Origin: Flectonema sp. DT1601
Taxonomy: Eukaryota
NCBI GenBank assembly: GCA_964019425.1
Contig: OZ025804.1
Location: 124,001 to 188,000 of the forward strand
DNA length: 64,000 nucleotides
Reading direction: 5' to 3'
The position numbers and the translations under genes are program-made. The notes beneath the pieces were generated by a model. The model was not told where the DNA came from. It saw nothing but the letters and a program-made list of their open reading frames with translations, and ran no database searches. Of the stretch, positions 54,001-64,000 are shown piece by piece. Every line of letters starts with the position of its first letter. Positions within the stretch are counted from its first letter, which is position 1.

Positions 54001-55385
54001 CTCATGAGTTTAGCGATTCTTAACATCAATCCATAGATAATCTTAACTTCTTCTTGTCTAATAGCACCTATTTGAGTAGCGTATTCCTTCTCCCATTGAT
54101 AGAATTTAACTCCTCTGATGTTTTCAATCATCTCGTGAACTTTTTTTGTACGGCCGTCAGTTTTTCCCATTCTCTCAATAAATTTTTGAACAAAAGACAT
54201 CGCAATACTGACATTGTATGGTGTCAAAATTATTAAAAAAGCAACACCAACAATTGTAGTCCACGACAATAAGAAAAACAGTGCTCCAATGGCTAGCAGT
54301 GCCAGAGTTGGAACATAAAAAGCCAACCCAAGTAGCGATGTTGTTGTTAAAAAGATCCGTTCAGTGTCAGCATGGAGCAGTGTAAAAATTTTCGAATGTC
54401 CTCCCGCAGACTGCCACCCATTCTGAGACAACAATAAACTCTTTTTTGTAATAGCTCCAGCCAAACATGCCCTGAATTTAACTCCCAGCTTGGTCGAATA
54501 CACAAAGGTTCTGTACATCGCGAATCCCATAAAAGAAATGGCCACTAAGACGACAGCAGCATAGATGTAGATTAAATACTTTTCATCTTTTTGAATAAAA
54601 GCAACTCCCTCTGGAGTATACCTTGTATAACCAATCAGAATGTCAGACACTTGAGGGTACAAGTAGACAGGTGCGAATGGAGCAATGCTCTGAGCAAGAC
54701 CCCAAAGAGAACCAATTATGAAATCCCTTTTGTACATTTTGAATATCGTATCTTGAAGAGATGGTTCACAAGTACCAATTACCTGTTTCATTCGTGCAAC
54801 TACTGGTGAGATCTGCTCGTGAGCAGGATCTGGTGGTGGGAATGATTTAGTCTCAGGAACACCTTCAGGTAAAGGACACATTCCAATTCGACAACGAATG
54901 CAGTCTGGAGCTAATAGTTTGTAATGTTGATTTATAACTTCCATCACTGCTGTTTCAAATTGTTGAATGTGAGTGTGATTGGAGAACTCACCAGCATCCA
55001 CCCTGCTGTGCATGTCCTTCCAAGGATTCTTCTTCTTCTTAAATAGCTTCTGGTCAGGATCGCTGTTTTCGAGTCCCACGAGAGTTCTTTTGAATGTCGA
55101 TTTTGAGATTTGTTTCAATTTTCGTTTCCAAAATTTATTGAAAACCTTTTCTTGATATTCCATAGTTTCTTCTTCAGCCACTTCCTTTAAATCAGAAGCC
55201 TCGAGAGACCTCTTTCTTGCCTTTTCTAAGATGGGTTCTATAAATGAGACAGTACTTTGGGACCACCATCCAGCAGTCTCAAAAGAATCGTAAGTTGTGT
55301 CCCTCCGCCATCCTCCTGGTTTCTTGTTTTTTAATTTTGAGACATCAACTCTGACTTCCTTCCCTTCATCGTCAGGAAGCGTCAT
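51012..55385 (-). CDS. ABC transporter, ABCC/MRP subfamily (1457 aa)
   Basis: Two TMD-NBD halves: GKVGSGKT, ISGGQKARI and YLFDD in NBD1; GRTGAGKS, LSIGQRQMLCLARA, LDEATA and IAHRL in NBD2. Confidence 0.96.
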   Translation of the reverse strand: MTLPDDEGKEVRVDVSKLKNKKPGGWRRDTTYDSFETAGWWSQSTVSFIEPILEKARKRSLEASDLKEVAEEETMEYQEKVFNKFWKRKLKQISKSTFKRTLVGLENSDPDQKLFKKKKNPWKDMHSRVDAGEFSNHTHIQQFETAVMEVINQHYKLLAPDCIRCRIGMCPLPEGVPETKSFPPPDPAHEQISPVVARMKQVIGTCEPSLQDTIFKMYKRDFIIGSLWGLAQSIAPFAPVYLYPQVSDILIGYTRYTPEGVAFIQKDEKYLIYIYAAVVLVAISFMGFAMYRTFVYSTKLGVKFRACLAGAITKKSLLLSQNGWQSAGGHSKIFTLLHADTERIFLTTTSLLGLAFYVPTLALLAIGALFFLLSWTTIVGVAFLIILTPYNVSIAMSFVQKFIERMGKTDGRTKKVHEMIENIRGVKFYQWEKEYATQIGAIRQEEVKIIYGLMLRIAKLMSSTQFTPFVFQTVILVTYASVYPDDLTARKIFTSLALSHVLRISTVIIPFVWSGLSQSLIGLRRIQSMLCKEQAAPRKIKTKDSCVTVTQGSISWESSGGKGSTPTPILSDINFKADAGELVMIVGKVGSGKTSFLSGLLGEVTHSSGEFHIGGDIAYCPQTPWIASGSIKQNIQWGRKLPGLVDSESDYRKVVKDVALLQDIENQFPEGDATVIGEKGINISGGQKARIALGRAVYRDADVYLFDDVLSAVDAHVGKYIFEKVLKKQLSGKTRILVTNQLQFIHEADRLYSAEPGGRLVEINIKKYASDLRGIADDYSDLTLAQLVNEFMTTQTDAEEAKQRADTASVCTEVTTGSVVENEKVFKNKKFSGKDLEVAEVLLEEDVSLSTYKQYFGQYGGKLWWSGIVLGHFIFNFCDKFSQIWLGWYAERGGRQSAAWYRGYIIEDRMSTGVWFICYIGIITIGCLVFALREYEFGKGACRPCINLYKNELKAVLASPTEFFDTTPVGRILTRFVNDWEAVDFQVPIYASQFSTAVGMLFSAMVMISLTLPWFTLMYIPIGLSVYWILTRNAASIQLRRLFNITKSPVSNNFAENLRGLATIRAYGQQDIVLRDQAAAVDTNHKCFMTERMAFEWVRLRVNFLSGVIMGSIFVILGLVSDDVTDSTLGILISQGVFIVLSVSQTFLMLQQLDLAMNSAERVLEYCDLPPEESTAAAMKALPKPKNWPTEGRMSICNLSVRYRKNLPLAVRDVNIEIEPGWKIGIVGRTGAGKSTLLKTLFRLMRPESGFKLIIDGVNANKMNLKDLRSLFAIIPQEPILFANSVRKNIDPFDKVNDDELRSALKKCHLEEHLQSRAERLATKDILDVTISDDTLSIGQRQMLCLARALVLGRKFLLLDEATASVDVYTDKLIQSTLLSAFADCTVLTIAHRLNTITHSDRILVMDCVDGVGEVAQYASYGELLDDTEGIFYELAKNAKLIGENGVRNDSDNESLV

Positions 55386-55757
55386 TATTGTTGTCTTTTG
55401 TTTTGTTTTGGTTTGATATGCTGCGGTAAGGAATAAAGATAAGATAATATAATAAATACTTCAGTAGTGTCATAAATATTAACTATCCAGATCCTCTATT
55501 CGACGTGGCTCTCTCAAAGGAAACCGACTGGCGGAAATCAGAAAACCACACACAAGACGTTGTTTTGCTTTTTCGCTGAGACCAATTTAACCTTTAAAGA
55601 AAGAAAGTTGGTTTAGTTTCAGCGACGCAACCGGAGAAAAGGAAAAGGGAGATAAAACAAGAACACGGAGGGAGAGACAGAGAGCAGAATTGCTAATTGA
55701 TCTTCCGGATAATTATATTTCTAAGAATACGTTGAGTGGTTCTAACAACAATAAGCA

Positions 55758-57164
55758 TTAGTAGGAAATGGAGTCTTCCAACTGAACAAGTTGCTCAGAA
55801 AGAGTTGTCAGGTCATCTTCTAAAGTCCGCATGTTGTTGACAACACACAAAGTCTGAACTCGCGTATTCTTCAACACTTCCTTCAGCTGCTTCAATGCCG
55901 CATCACGGCCCCGCTTGCGTAATTGATCAATAAGTTGGTCATTGGATTGGTCACGAGTCCTCACGGAATCACAACCCAAGAGGAACGTGTCCGTGAAATC
56001 GCAATCGTCAGGGAGGGATGTCAAGTCAACTGCTGTGAGTTGGGTGCAACCCGCAAGACCATATTTTCCCATTTTCCTTAAACTACTGAGCCCATCAAAG
56101 CTTACAGTCGTAAGTTTTGAACAATCCGCAAGAAATGACTCCCCAACATCCGTAAGTGACGTCATCTTGCTGAGGTCGACCTCTTCCAATGAGACGCAGT
56201 CGCTGAGAAAATCATTCCCCAAGGAAGTTGTGTTGGTCAGACCAGACAAGTTAATGAACTTCAGGGATGTGCATCCACGCAAGAATCCATCACCAATTGA
56301 CTTGACGCTTACTAACATCGACAAGTCAAGTTCGGTAAGTACCACATGATTCGTCAAAAAAAAGTTTCCGATTGTTCTCAGGCTTTGCAGACCTGAAAGG
56401 TCAATACTCGTAAGTGTATTATTGGTGCCGGAGCAAACATATAAAAATCCATCAGGTATATTCTCAAGAAGGGGAAGGTTCATATCAATCGATGTGAGTT
56501 TAGAGCAGCCCGACATTGAATAATCATTCAGGTGTCGGAGATTAACCAGCGGTGATAAATCAATAGTTTTGAGTGATTTACAATTACCCAAGAAATCTTT
56601 CCCAATCGATTCCACACCAGACAATCCCGACAAGTCCATGTCTGTAAGTGACTCACAGCAGGATGCGAAAGAGTAACCGACGGATCTCACATTCCGCAAA
56701 CCTGGAAACCTGACCCGTTGCACATGTCGCATGCCTCGTATGAGGGAACCAGGGCAATCAATAACCTCACGACCATTGACAAAGGACAGGCATGTCAGGC
56801 GAGGACATAATCCGTAATTATCTTCGTCATCTACAAATGACTTCATGTTGACGGACAAGAAACCCTCTTCATCACAGGACTGCAGCAGTTCCTCAATCTT
56901 TTCTGATCCTCCTCTGATGTCCTCGAAACTACACCCCAGCACCCCATCCAACACTTCCAACTGTGTACCTCCTTCTATCCCATGTGATACCAACGTAGAC
57001 AACTCTGGAAGCACGACTCCCGCACACGACAATTCGCTGTTCTGAAAGCCAACACCCCACTCATCGACCGCTGCCTCTACTGCGTCCCTGACCAGCGTGT
57101 CCGCCGTCACTGTAAACGGAACAGTTGGGAATTCTCCATCTGAACAGGAAATGAAAACCTGCAT
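55758..57164 (-). CDS. Ubiquitin-like domain plus LRR protein with C-terminal coiled-coil-like tail (about 468 aa)
   Basis: Likely start MQVFISCS, homologous to MQLSVTF; diverged FLxxCxSLxxxDLSxL repeats. Confidence 0.85.
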   Translation of the reverse strand: MQVFISCSDGEFPTVPFTVTADTLVRDAVEAAVDEWGVGFQNSELSCAGVVLPELSTLVSHGIEGGTQLEVLDGVLGCSFEDIRGGSEKIEELLQSCDEEGFLSVNMKSFVDDEDNYGLCPRLTCLSFVNGREVIDCPGSLIRGMRHVQRVRFPGLRNVRSVGYSFASCCESLTDMDLSGLSGVESIGKDFLGNCKSLKTIDLSPLVNLRHLNDYSMSGCSKLTSIDMNLPLLENIPDGFLYVCSGTNNTLTSIDLSGLQSLRTIGNFFLTNHVVLTELDLSMLVSVKSIGDGFLRGCTSLKFINLSGLTNTTSLGNDFLSDCVSLEEVDLSKMTSLTDVGESFLADCSKLTTVSFDGLSSLRKMGKYGLAGCTQLTAVDLTSLPDDCDFTDTFLLGCDSVRTRDQSNDQLIDQLRKRGRDAALKQLKEVLKNTRVQTLCVVNNMRTLEDDLTTLSEQLVQLEDSISY

Positions 57165-58715
57165 GTTGCCTGTCAGTCCTGTAATGTAAACAGTAATAAC
57201 TAAATAACGTGTAAGCAGTAAGCGATGATGAAGTCTTGAAGAATCGATGTTTGTGTTGTAGCATGTGACCTGTGAGACGCCTTCAAAGGTACCCAAGTGT
57301 AGTTCTGTTTGTAAGTAAAGAACATAAAGGTATTAAACAGAACTTGATAAACAAACGAATAGAAAACCAAAATACGAATAGTGTCCACAAATAAACAGCT
57401 GGTAGTATTTGCGAGGAATAAGAAGAGACGACAAGACAGTAAACGAACAAAACGAAAGCAGTGAGACCCACTCTTCCGTAACAGAGGCCTGGTGTCTAGT
57501 AAAGGGAAGTTGGGAACTTAATTAATAATTTTAACTGCACGTCAATCAACAACTATCTAAGCAGTGCGCTCATAAATTAAATTAGAAATCTGCGTTTTTT
57601 TTTTTTTTTTTTCAAAAACCAATAGTACTGCAGCCTTGCGTTTCGGCCGACCACAGGCTATTATGAAAAGGGAGAAAGGAGAAGAAGAGATAAGAATCCA
57701 TAATAAGAAAATACATATTTTTTTTTTATTTTTTTTTTAATTCTTCTGCTCACCTGATACTAGAATAGTGGCTCACTAAATGGAATGCAAACGACGGTAA
57801 GCTCACAACTAAAGTCGTCCTTACTTATTTAGGTTCTAAAAAAAATTTTATAAAAATCCATTACACACACAGAGCACATCAATATTTGAGTAAATAATAA
57901 AAAAAGGGAATTACAGCAACAGAAATCTTACTTTTGTCTGCGAGGATTTGACAACCTTCGAATAAGTAAGGGGGTAGACTCTATAAATAAATAAAAAAAC
58001 TAATAAAAAAAAACTACACAAAAAAAGAAAGAAAGAAAGAAAGAAAAAGAAACCAATGAACAGAACGAAATTGTCCTTTGCAAGAAAACCCTACCGAGAT
58101 GACATTTAGTTTTTTTATCTTACTCGGCCAGAGACAATCACTGAAGAAAAGAGATCACGAAAAAGGTGACAACTTTTCGATATCACCACCACCAGCCATG
58201 AGCGTTTTCACAATCTAAAATACGAATAACAAGGGGAATGAACATATCTGTTCTCTCATCATCAGTTAATTGTGTACAAGTAAATCTGTCTAATTATTGA
58301 GACTGAATTACCCCCTCAGTCCCCCTCCTCAGTTAGTTAATATTATGAATGTAGTTTCGGGGTAACACCCTCCCAGAGCACTCTTCCACAATGAATGTAG
58401 AAAGTATCGCGTGATCGCATCAAAAAAAAAAAGTCTGAACACGTCTTCGTATTAATTCTGAAGAGAGCTAACGAGAGTCGATGAATTACTCACTTTTTTG
58501 TCTAATTTGACTTCCACATTTGAGTAGTGGCTACGTTAGACTTTCTGACCTTGACAGAGTGAAGTACATAAATAGCATTAGAGAAGAGAGAAAGAGAGAG
58601 CTTGATTAACTCAACACACACGCATAAGATAGATGTAGGAATTGGGAAATGAGTTGTTTTGCTAGTCGTGATCACAATAGAACACAATTGGTCGTCAATG
58701 AGAGGATCACCGCTC

Positions 58716-59105
58716 TCACACTTCTTTAACATCTCTATCGCCAGGCATTACAAAATTTACTTCCTTAGCAGAATGAGTCTTACTACTGAATACCATGTGG
58801 TTGGAAGTTGTTCGTAGTTCTACGTCGTTGTTAGTGTTGTTGTTGTTGTTGACGTTGTTGTCGTTGTTATTTCTAGTCAAGTCATCATCATCTTCATCAG
58901 GATGTTTACATATCATTAGCCAACACAATAATAAAGTTACCACTAACATAACCACAGTTCCAATTGCAACAAAAAAGAACGTCTCGGATACATTACCGGG
59001 GTAAGGAGATGACTTTGATTTAACTGCTGCAGGCAGCTGCGTTACGTTCTGACCTGTGGCTTCATAAACAAAAATAGCGCAGAAAACTACTAATAGTTCC
59101 CTCAT
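58716..59105 (-). CDS. Small single-pass membrane protein with putative signal peptide
   Basis: MRELLVVFCAIFVYEATG signal-like segment; hydrophobic FFFVAIGTVVMLVVTLLLCWLMI followed by an acidic/Asn-rich tail. Confidence 0.6.
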   Translation of the reverse strand: MRELLVVFCAIFVYEATGQNVTQLPAAVKSKSSPYPGNVSETFFFVAIGTVVMLVVTLLLCWLMICKHPDEDDDDLTRNNNDNNVNNNNNTNNDVELRTTSNHMVFSSKTHSAKEVNFVMPGDRDVKEV

Positions 59106-60184
59106 ATTGTGCAACTTAGTAACTTTATTCAAACAGCTGAAGAGAGAATAATTATTTTTTTTTATATACTTTTGACCATCTGTAAAGTGTACATTGCTAC
59201 ATCATTATTTTCTGACCTGATTAAAAGAGAACATCAGTAAAATTATAAATTCAATTCAAACATATATTTGAGAGGTCGTCGCCAAGTTCATATTATTCAC
59301 GAATACGAATAACGTGTTGTTTCTACAGAAATCTTTTTAAAGAAGTAATCGACTCCCATCGCATACTACGATGATGAAAATAAGAAGATAACGAGTGCTC
59401 TCAATATTTCACATAAGACATTTAGTCAATATGTCACCAAGTGTGTGTAACATTTTTTCTTACAAACAAAGTCAGAAAGTCAGAGTAGGGTGTTAACTAC
59501 AAAACGACCGTGTAACTAGTCATTTTGTGTTCAAAGAAGTAATAAAAAATATAAAAAAAAGAAGGGTAAAAAAACACAAGAAAACGAGCAAATCTCGCTC
59601 CTCTCACTTCAGTCATGTTGATAACACAACTTGTTTTAGTTCCCTTTTATTTTGTGACAAAAAAAAAGGTCACTTCCCCTTCACAAAAAAAAAGAAGAAA
59701 AAAAGAGAAGAGAGAGAGATAGAATAACAAATGAATACCAACGACGATAAGGTCATCCATTCAGAAAAAAAAAAGTTTATAATTAGCACAAGGAAAGATA
59801 AGGAAGTAACACAGTGTGTAAACTGCGAGTTGTAAGACAACAAACTCAAAAATAATCAAAAAAAAAAAGCATGATTTACACTAGCAGGGACACTGGTTTC
59901 CAATGAATGAATATTTATTAAAGGAGAGAACTAATGACTTTGTTTTCTTTATTACCTTCTATGAGGGAAAAGGGGAATGGGAGGGGGAAAAAAAAAAAAA
60001 AAAAAAAATGACAAACAGCAGTCGAATTCCTGTTAGGAACTGATGCTTAAATTATTAAATAAAAAGAACGTTTGTTTTTCTCAAAATCAGATGAAATAAC
60101 CATTCCTAGTTTAGGAAATGACACATGCCTGTTAAAAGCATCAGGAGAATGAAAAATAATAATAATAATAATCAAATTGACAAC

Positions 60185-61282
60185 TCATTGAGACCACATC
60201 ATTCTCAATAGAAATGGTTGTTGTGCTGTTTGTGATGTACAGAGCAGAGCTGATGTTACTGCTGCAATATCGAAACCATTCTTATAACACAATATAGGAT
60301 AGGCTGCAAAGGTTGCACAATAGTTTGATATAGTCACTTGTTGTTGAGGTGATTCAACAGCAATAAACAACCCAGGTAGCAGTAAAGAACACCACAACAC
60401 AAACGGTGAACACTTTGAATTCGGAAGAGCATGACCAGTCATAGCGATAGCCCACCAGGCAGAAGTACAGTACGATGTTAAGAACAATGAACTTCTTAAG
60501 ATATCAATTAAGAAATTCATTATTTGCAACGACAACTTCGGAATAGGTTCGACTGACAAAACAGAAGCCAACCGAACAGCTCCTCTCTTCCTTAAGAAAT
60601 GTACCAGCAGTCTGACGGAATATATTTTCAAATAAAACTGAAAACTCTCTCTGTAATGTCTAACAAAATATTCAGCAGCTGATTTGAAAATCCCGGGAAT
60701 GTCAGTTCCGTGTTTTTGTGTGAGAGGAGCACCTTCCTTTTGAGGGAAGGCATGCTTAATAACTTCTCTATTCGTTGAGTTGTTGAAACAGCTACGAAGA
60801 GTGTGAATATGTTCTCGTGTTGCTTTACCTTGAGAATACAAGAATCTAATATAATGATCTGGAAGGTGATCATCTGATAGAATCCAAGACGATAACAGCT
60901 GAGCTGATCCAACGCTGTTTAAAAGAATTGGGTTTCGATAATCCCGTGGAATCATTCCAACTAGTACCTGAGAGAACAGATACGCTACAATAAAATTATA
61001 ATTAAAGCTGTAAGTCTTTTCATCACACAACATCTTCAAAGGTAAGAATGACAACACTCCTGCGATATTCTCAGACATCAGCTGCTTTCCACGGCCATAA
61101 ATAAGTGCTGTGCCTGCTGCTGCTGAAGCTGTTCTCCAAACTTCATCCCAGTCGTCTGGTTTACTGCTGCTGCTTCGCTTCTTTTTCATCAATCTTTTAA
61201 GTGCTCTCACGATCACGAATCCAACAGAGACGACAACAGCATTACGAGCAGCATGGCGCTCTACTGGACTGACGATAACCAT
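60185..61282 (-). CDS. TMEM135/PMP52-like membrane protein (365 aa)
   Basis: Multiple hydrophobic segments and motifs LPDHYIRFL, FYLKIY, RSSLFLTSY and IAVES..ISNY, reminiscent of the TMEM135 family (recalled, not searched). Confidence 0.6.
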   Translation of the reverse strand: MVIVSPVERHAARNAVVVSVGFVIVRALKRLMKKKRSSSSKPDDWDEVWRTASAAAGTALIYGRGKQLMSENIAGVLSFLPLKMLCDEKTYSFNYNFIVAYLFSQVLVGMIPRDYRNPILLNSVGSAQLLSSWILSDDHLPDHYIRFLYSQGKATREHIHTLRSCFNNSTNREVIKHAFPQKEGAPLTQKHGTDIPGIFKSAAEYFVRHYRESFQFYLKIYSVRLLVHFLRKRGAVRLASVLSVEPIPKLSLQIMNFLIDILRSSLFLTSYCTSAWWAIAMTGHALPNSKCSPFVLWCSLLLPGLFIAVESPQQQVTISNYCATFAAYPILCYKNGFDIAAVTSALLCTSQTAQQPFLLRMMWSQ

Positions 61283-61798
61283 TTTGTGGTTTTAACAAAT
61301 GCTGAATAATAAATGTAACATGAAACTGGTTGTAACTAACTGTCACTAATCTTTAGTTGGAATTAATATACGAAAATCAATTCATCAGCTGAAGGGGAAG
61401 ACTGTTTGATTAGGTTCATACGAATATAAATATCTGTATTGTATCAGAACTCAATAATAAAATTAAAAAAACTCATGACACAAGTGACTGTAGGGGGGGA
61501 TTGATAAAGGTAAAGATGAATTGATTGGTTGCTGAATATTATAGATATTTCCTCTAATTACAGAATACAAAAAAAAAAAAAGGATAGAAAAAAAAAAAAG
61601 GAGGGGTTTAACTTCTAACAGAACAATAATTTTGTATCGGTAACCTCAACCAGGGAGTGAAGGTTCATATTCGTGAAGGGAAACAAAGGCAAGAGGGAGC
61701 GGGTCACAACCAAGAATATTGTTTTAATTAAAAACAAAAGTTCGAGCAGGACTCAAGCTGAGATATTTATGGTGTTGACAAGCTGTAATTATATTTCA

Positions 61799-62230
61799 TT
61801 AAAAAGATGAATAAACGTCAATCACAGATGAAGAAGGAGAATGTGAATAACCAGACGCCTCCCTTCCCACACTATGATGCTCTATGTATTGGTGATAAGG
61901 TGTTGCTGCTGACACTTGTCTTGTAGGTCTGACTGGTGGGATTGGTGCCTCAATCTCAGACAATAAAACATCTGCTTCACTTCTTGGAGGAAGAGTACCT
62001 TCAACATTGTGAGGAAGAGCATATCTAGAGAAGTACCTTTCACCGTTAGCTCTATGCTCCTCAGGCCATGGTGGAGTACCATAAGCACCCATTCTAACAA
62101 ATGATGGTATCGGGATGGTCCTCGTCTCTATTCCTCTCATCACTTGTTCATACTGCCGATCTATATTCGCTGAATGAGCAAACAGGTAGTCTCTTGTTGA
62201 GGTAGCCCTAGTAAGCTGCGGCATGTACAA
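61799..62230 (-). CDS. Hypothetical protein (143 aa)
   Basis: Open frame of coding-like composition within AT-rich flanks, same strand as neighbours; start uncertain. Confidence 0.5.
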   Translation of the reverse strand: MYMPQLTRATSTRDYLFAHSANIDRQYEQVMRGIETRTIPIPSFVRMGAYGTPPWPEEHRANGERYFSRYALPHNVEGTLPPRSEADVLLSEIEAPIPPVRPTRQVSAATPYHQYIEHHSVGREASGYSHSPSSSVIDVYSSF

Positions 62231-62496
62231 CTATTCTCTTGTTGAAAAAAAAAATATATAATAAAACACAGCTACCGCATCACAACAAATACATTGTACA
62301 AAATACCAAAACCTGAAAATAAAAACAAGGCTCACTGCAAGTCAGGTAGCTTACAGGAATTAATATTTATTTTTCAAAAAAGACTCCCTAAAACGTTACT
62401 ATTCAGACTGGTATAGAATTAGTTGAGTATCTCTAGTTCGGATGTAGATTCCGTAGTCCGATAAACCAATTGGAAGCATGCATGTCTCTAGACTGG

Positions 62497-62525
62497 GTTC
62501 TGGCTTAGAGGCGTTCAGCTATAAT
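62497..62525 (-). rRNA. Short fragment matching a conserved 3' segment of LSU rRNA (not a full gene)
   Basis: Minus strand ATTATAGCTGAACGCCTCTAAGCCAGAAC resembles the conserved LSU motif CTGAACGCCTCTAAG(T/C)CAGAA. Confidence 0.55.
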
Positions 62526-62558
62526 GTGTCGTAGTGTTGTTATAAATAAAAGACTTCC

Positions 62559-62777
62559 TCACTTTCCATAAATATTTGTAAACCTGTCGTTTGAGTATCG
62601 CTCTCCCGGAGCGAAACCACTATTCCCATCTGACTTGTAGGCTTGGTAGTAAGTGTTATCTATGTCAGTCCCGACGACTGGTACGGCGCAGGCAGCCATT
62701 TCCATGCGCTGCTCAAAGCTGCTTTCCGTCTGTGGCGGATTTATCTTTCGCTTGTAGGCCTCCCATGACCGAGACAT
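62559..62777 (-). CDS. Small hypothetical protein (about 72 aa, MSRSWEAYKRK...)
   Basis: GC-richer open frame preceded by a pyrimidine-rich tract and AG, compatible with a trans-splice acceptor. Confidence 0.45.
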   Translation of the reverse strand: MSRSWEAYKRKINPPQTESSFEQRMEMAACAVPVVGTDIDNTYYQAYKSDGNSGFAPGERYSNDRFTNIYGK

Positions 62778-64000
62778 TGACGATATGCTGACTTGATAAT
62801 ATAGAAAGGGAGAAGATGAAATAAGGAGAGCGAGGGAAACAAAAAATAATTGAAAATACGCACCCCGACAGCCACTCAACATGTTCATCTGGTTTGATAA
62901 GTAAGTTAACAACGGCCCCCACTTTGATAATTAGTTTTAATACACGCGGTAAAGATTGTTAGCTCTAGTAAAGAATTTTAAAAAAAAAAAGAAATCGGCA
63001 GACATGGGAAGAGATGACAGAAACCCTAAAAAGCAGAACACAGCTGATCAACTCTTATTCGCAAAATCAATCAACGGGAAAAAAAAATCTAAACAAATAA
63101 ACTAAATCCGTGATGAATACAATGAAGTACATTATTATAATTATTATTTTTGTTGATGTTGTTTTTTTTTTTTTTTTTTCAACTCGGTCAACCCTCAACG
63201 GTAACCGTCACCTCAGGTTCTTGTCTTCGAATAACATAAATTGTTACAAAAAGTTGTTAAAACAAAAAAAAATAAAAAAATAAAAAAAACAGGGGAAGAT
63301 GGGAAAATGAAATGTATAATAAAAAGAGAATACAACCTAAACCTTAAATAAAAAAAAAGGGTTATGGCCCACAAGAATAATAACAGAGGAAAATAATATC
63401 ATAAACTGTACAATACAAAACAACCAAAAAAAAATTGAGGGATTTTTTTTTTTTTTTTTCTTCTTTTTTTTTTTCGAATAAAATACTGTTAAGGAACTCA
63501 CCCATTGTGCCGAGCTTGGAATTGTCCTTAATAAGTGACCAAGGCTGACAGTGTATTTTTGCTTACCGATAGGTAACAAATCTCCTTGTTAGTTTCTGAA
63601 CATAGGAATTATTTTTGTATCGGTCACTTAATGTGCCGAATAAGAATAACTGACACAAAAAGTGTCCTTACAGTGAAGGAAAAAAAAAAAAAAAAAAAAT
63701 CCACTGTAAGAGCGTAACTATTTTTGAGTTTAGGAAAACAGTTCGTGAAGAGAACGCTATTCTCAATCACACGCAGACATGGCTGTGATTTATTATCTGC
63801 TCACATTTCAACATTCTAAAAGCCGATGTGTGATTGGATCTGTTGTAATGATTGGTGAGAAACATCCCCTTCCTCTACTCGTACGCGGGGATCCATTCGG
63901 AGTGGAAGACGGTTTTCCGGTGATTCCCAAAAAAGGATCTGAAGAAGTACCTCCTTTTGTATTTAACACATCAGAATTCCTGTAAGAACACGGTGATTGC

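Overview
Eukaryotic DNA, most likely from a euglenozoan. A 39-nt spliced-leader (SL) exon AACCAACGATTCTAAAGCTACAGTTTCTGTACTTTATTG and uniformly minus-strand, intron-free ORFs point to a diplonemid-like protist. Bases 1-38300 are a head-to-tail pile of retroelements on the minus strand, ending about 60 bp upstream of a tRNA-Phe gene. The pile holds a CRE-like OTU/zinc-finger fragment, four copies of a two-ORF APE-RT-RNaseH non-LTR family (A), a split-direct-repeat tyrosine-recombinase-type (TATE/VIPER/Ngaro-like) remnant, and three copies of a second APE-RT-RNaseH family (B). Most striking observations: (1) family B ORF2 has no upstream AUG and follows an in-frame UGA-C stop plus a 2A (DVERNPGP) peptide in two divergent copies; (2) full-length family A copies start with retro-copied SL, one as a full SL plus a relict SL cut exactly at the SL-internal AG; (3) the YR-type element sits inside that SL at a duplicated CTGT core; (4) both families carry a large, possibly PDZ-like insertion inside RT and conserved, covarying 3'-UTR structures. 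Bases 38400-64000 contain duplicated ubiquitin-like/LRR genes and pseudogenes, an ABCC transporter, a TMEM135-like gene and small hypothetical genes. All assignments come from reading the sequence by eye; no searches were run.
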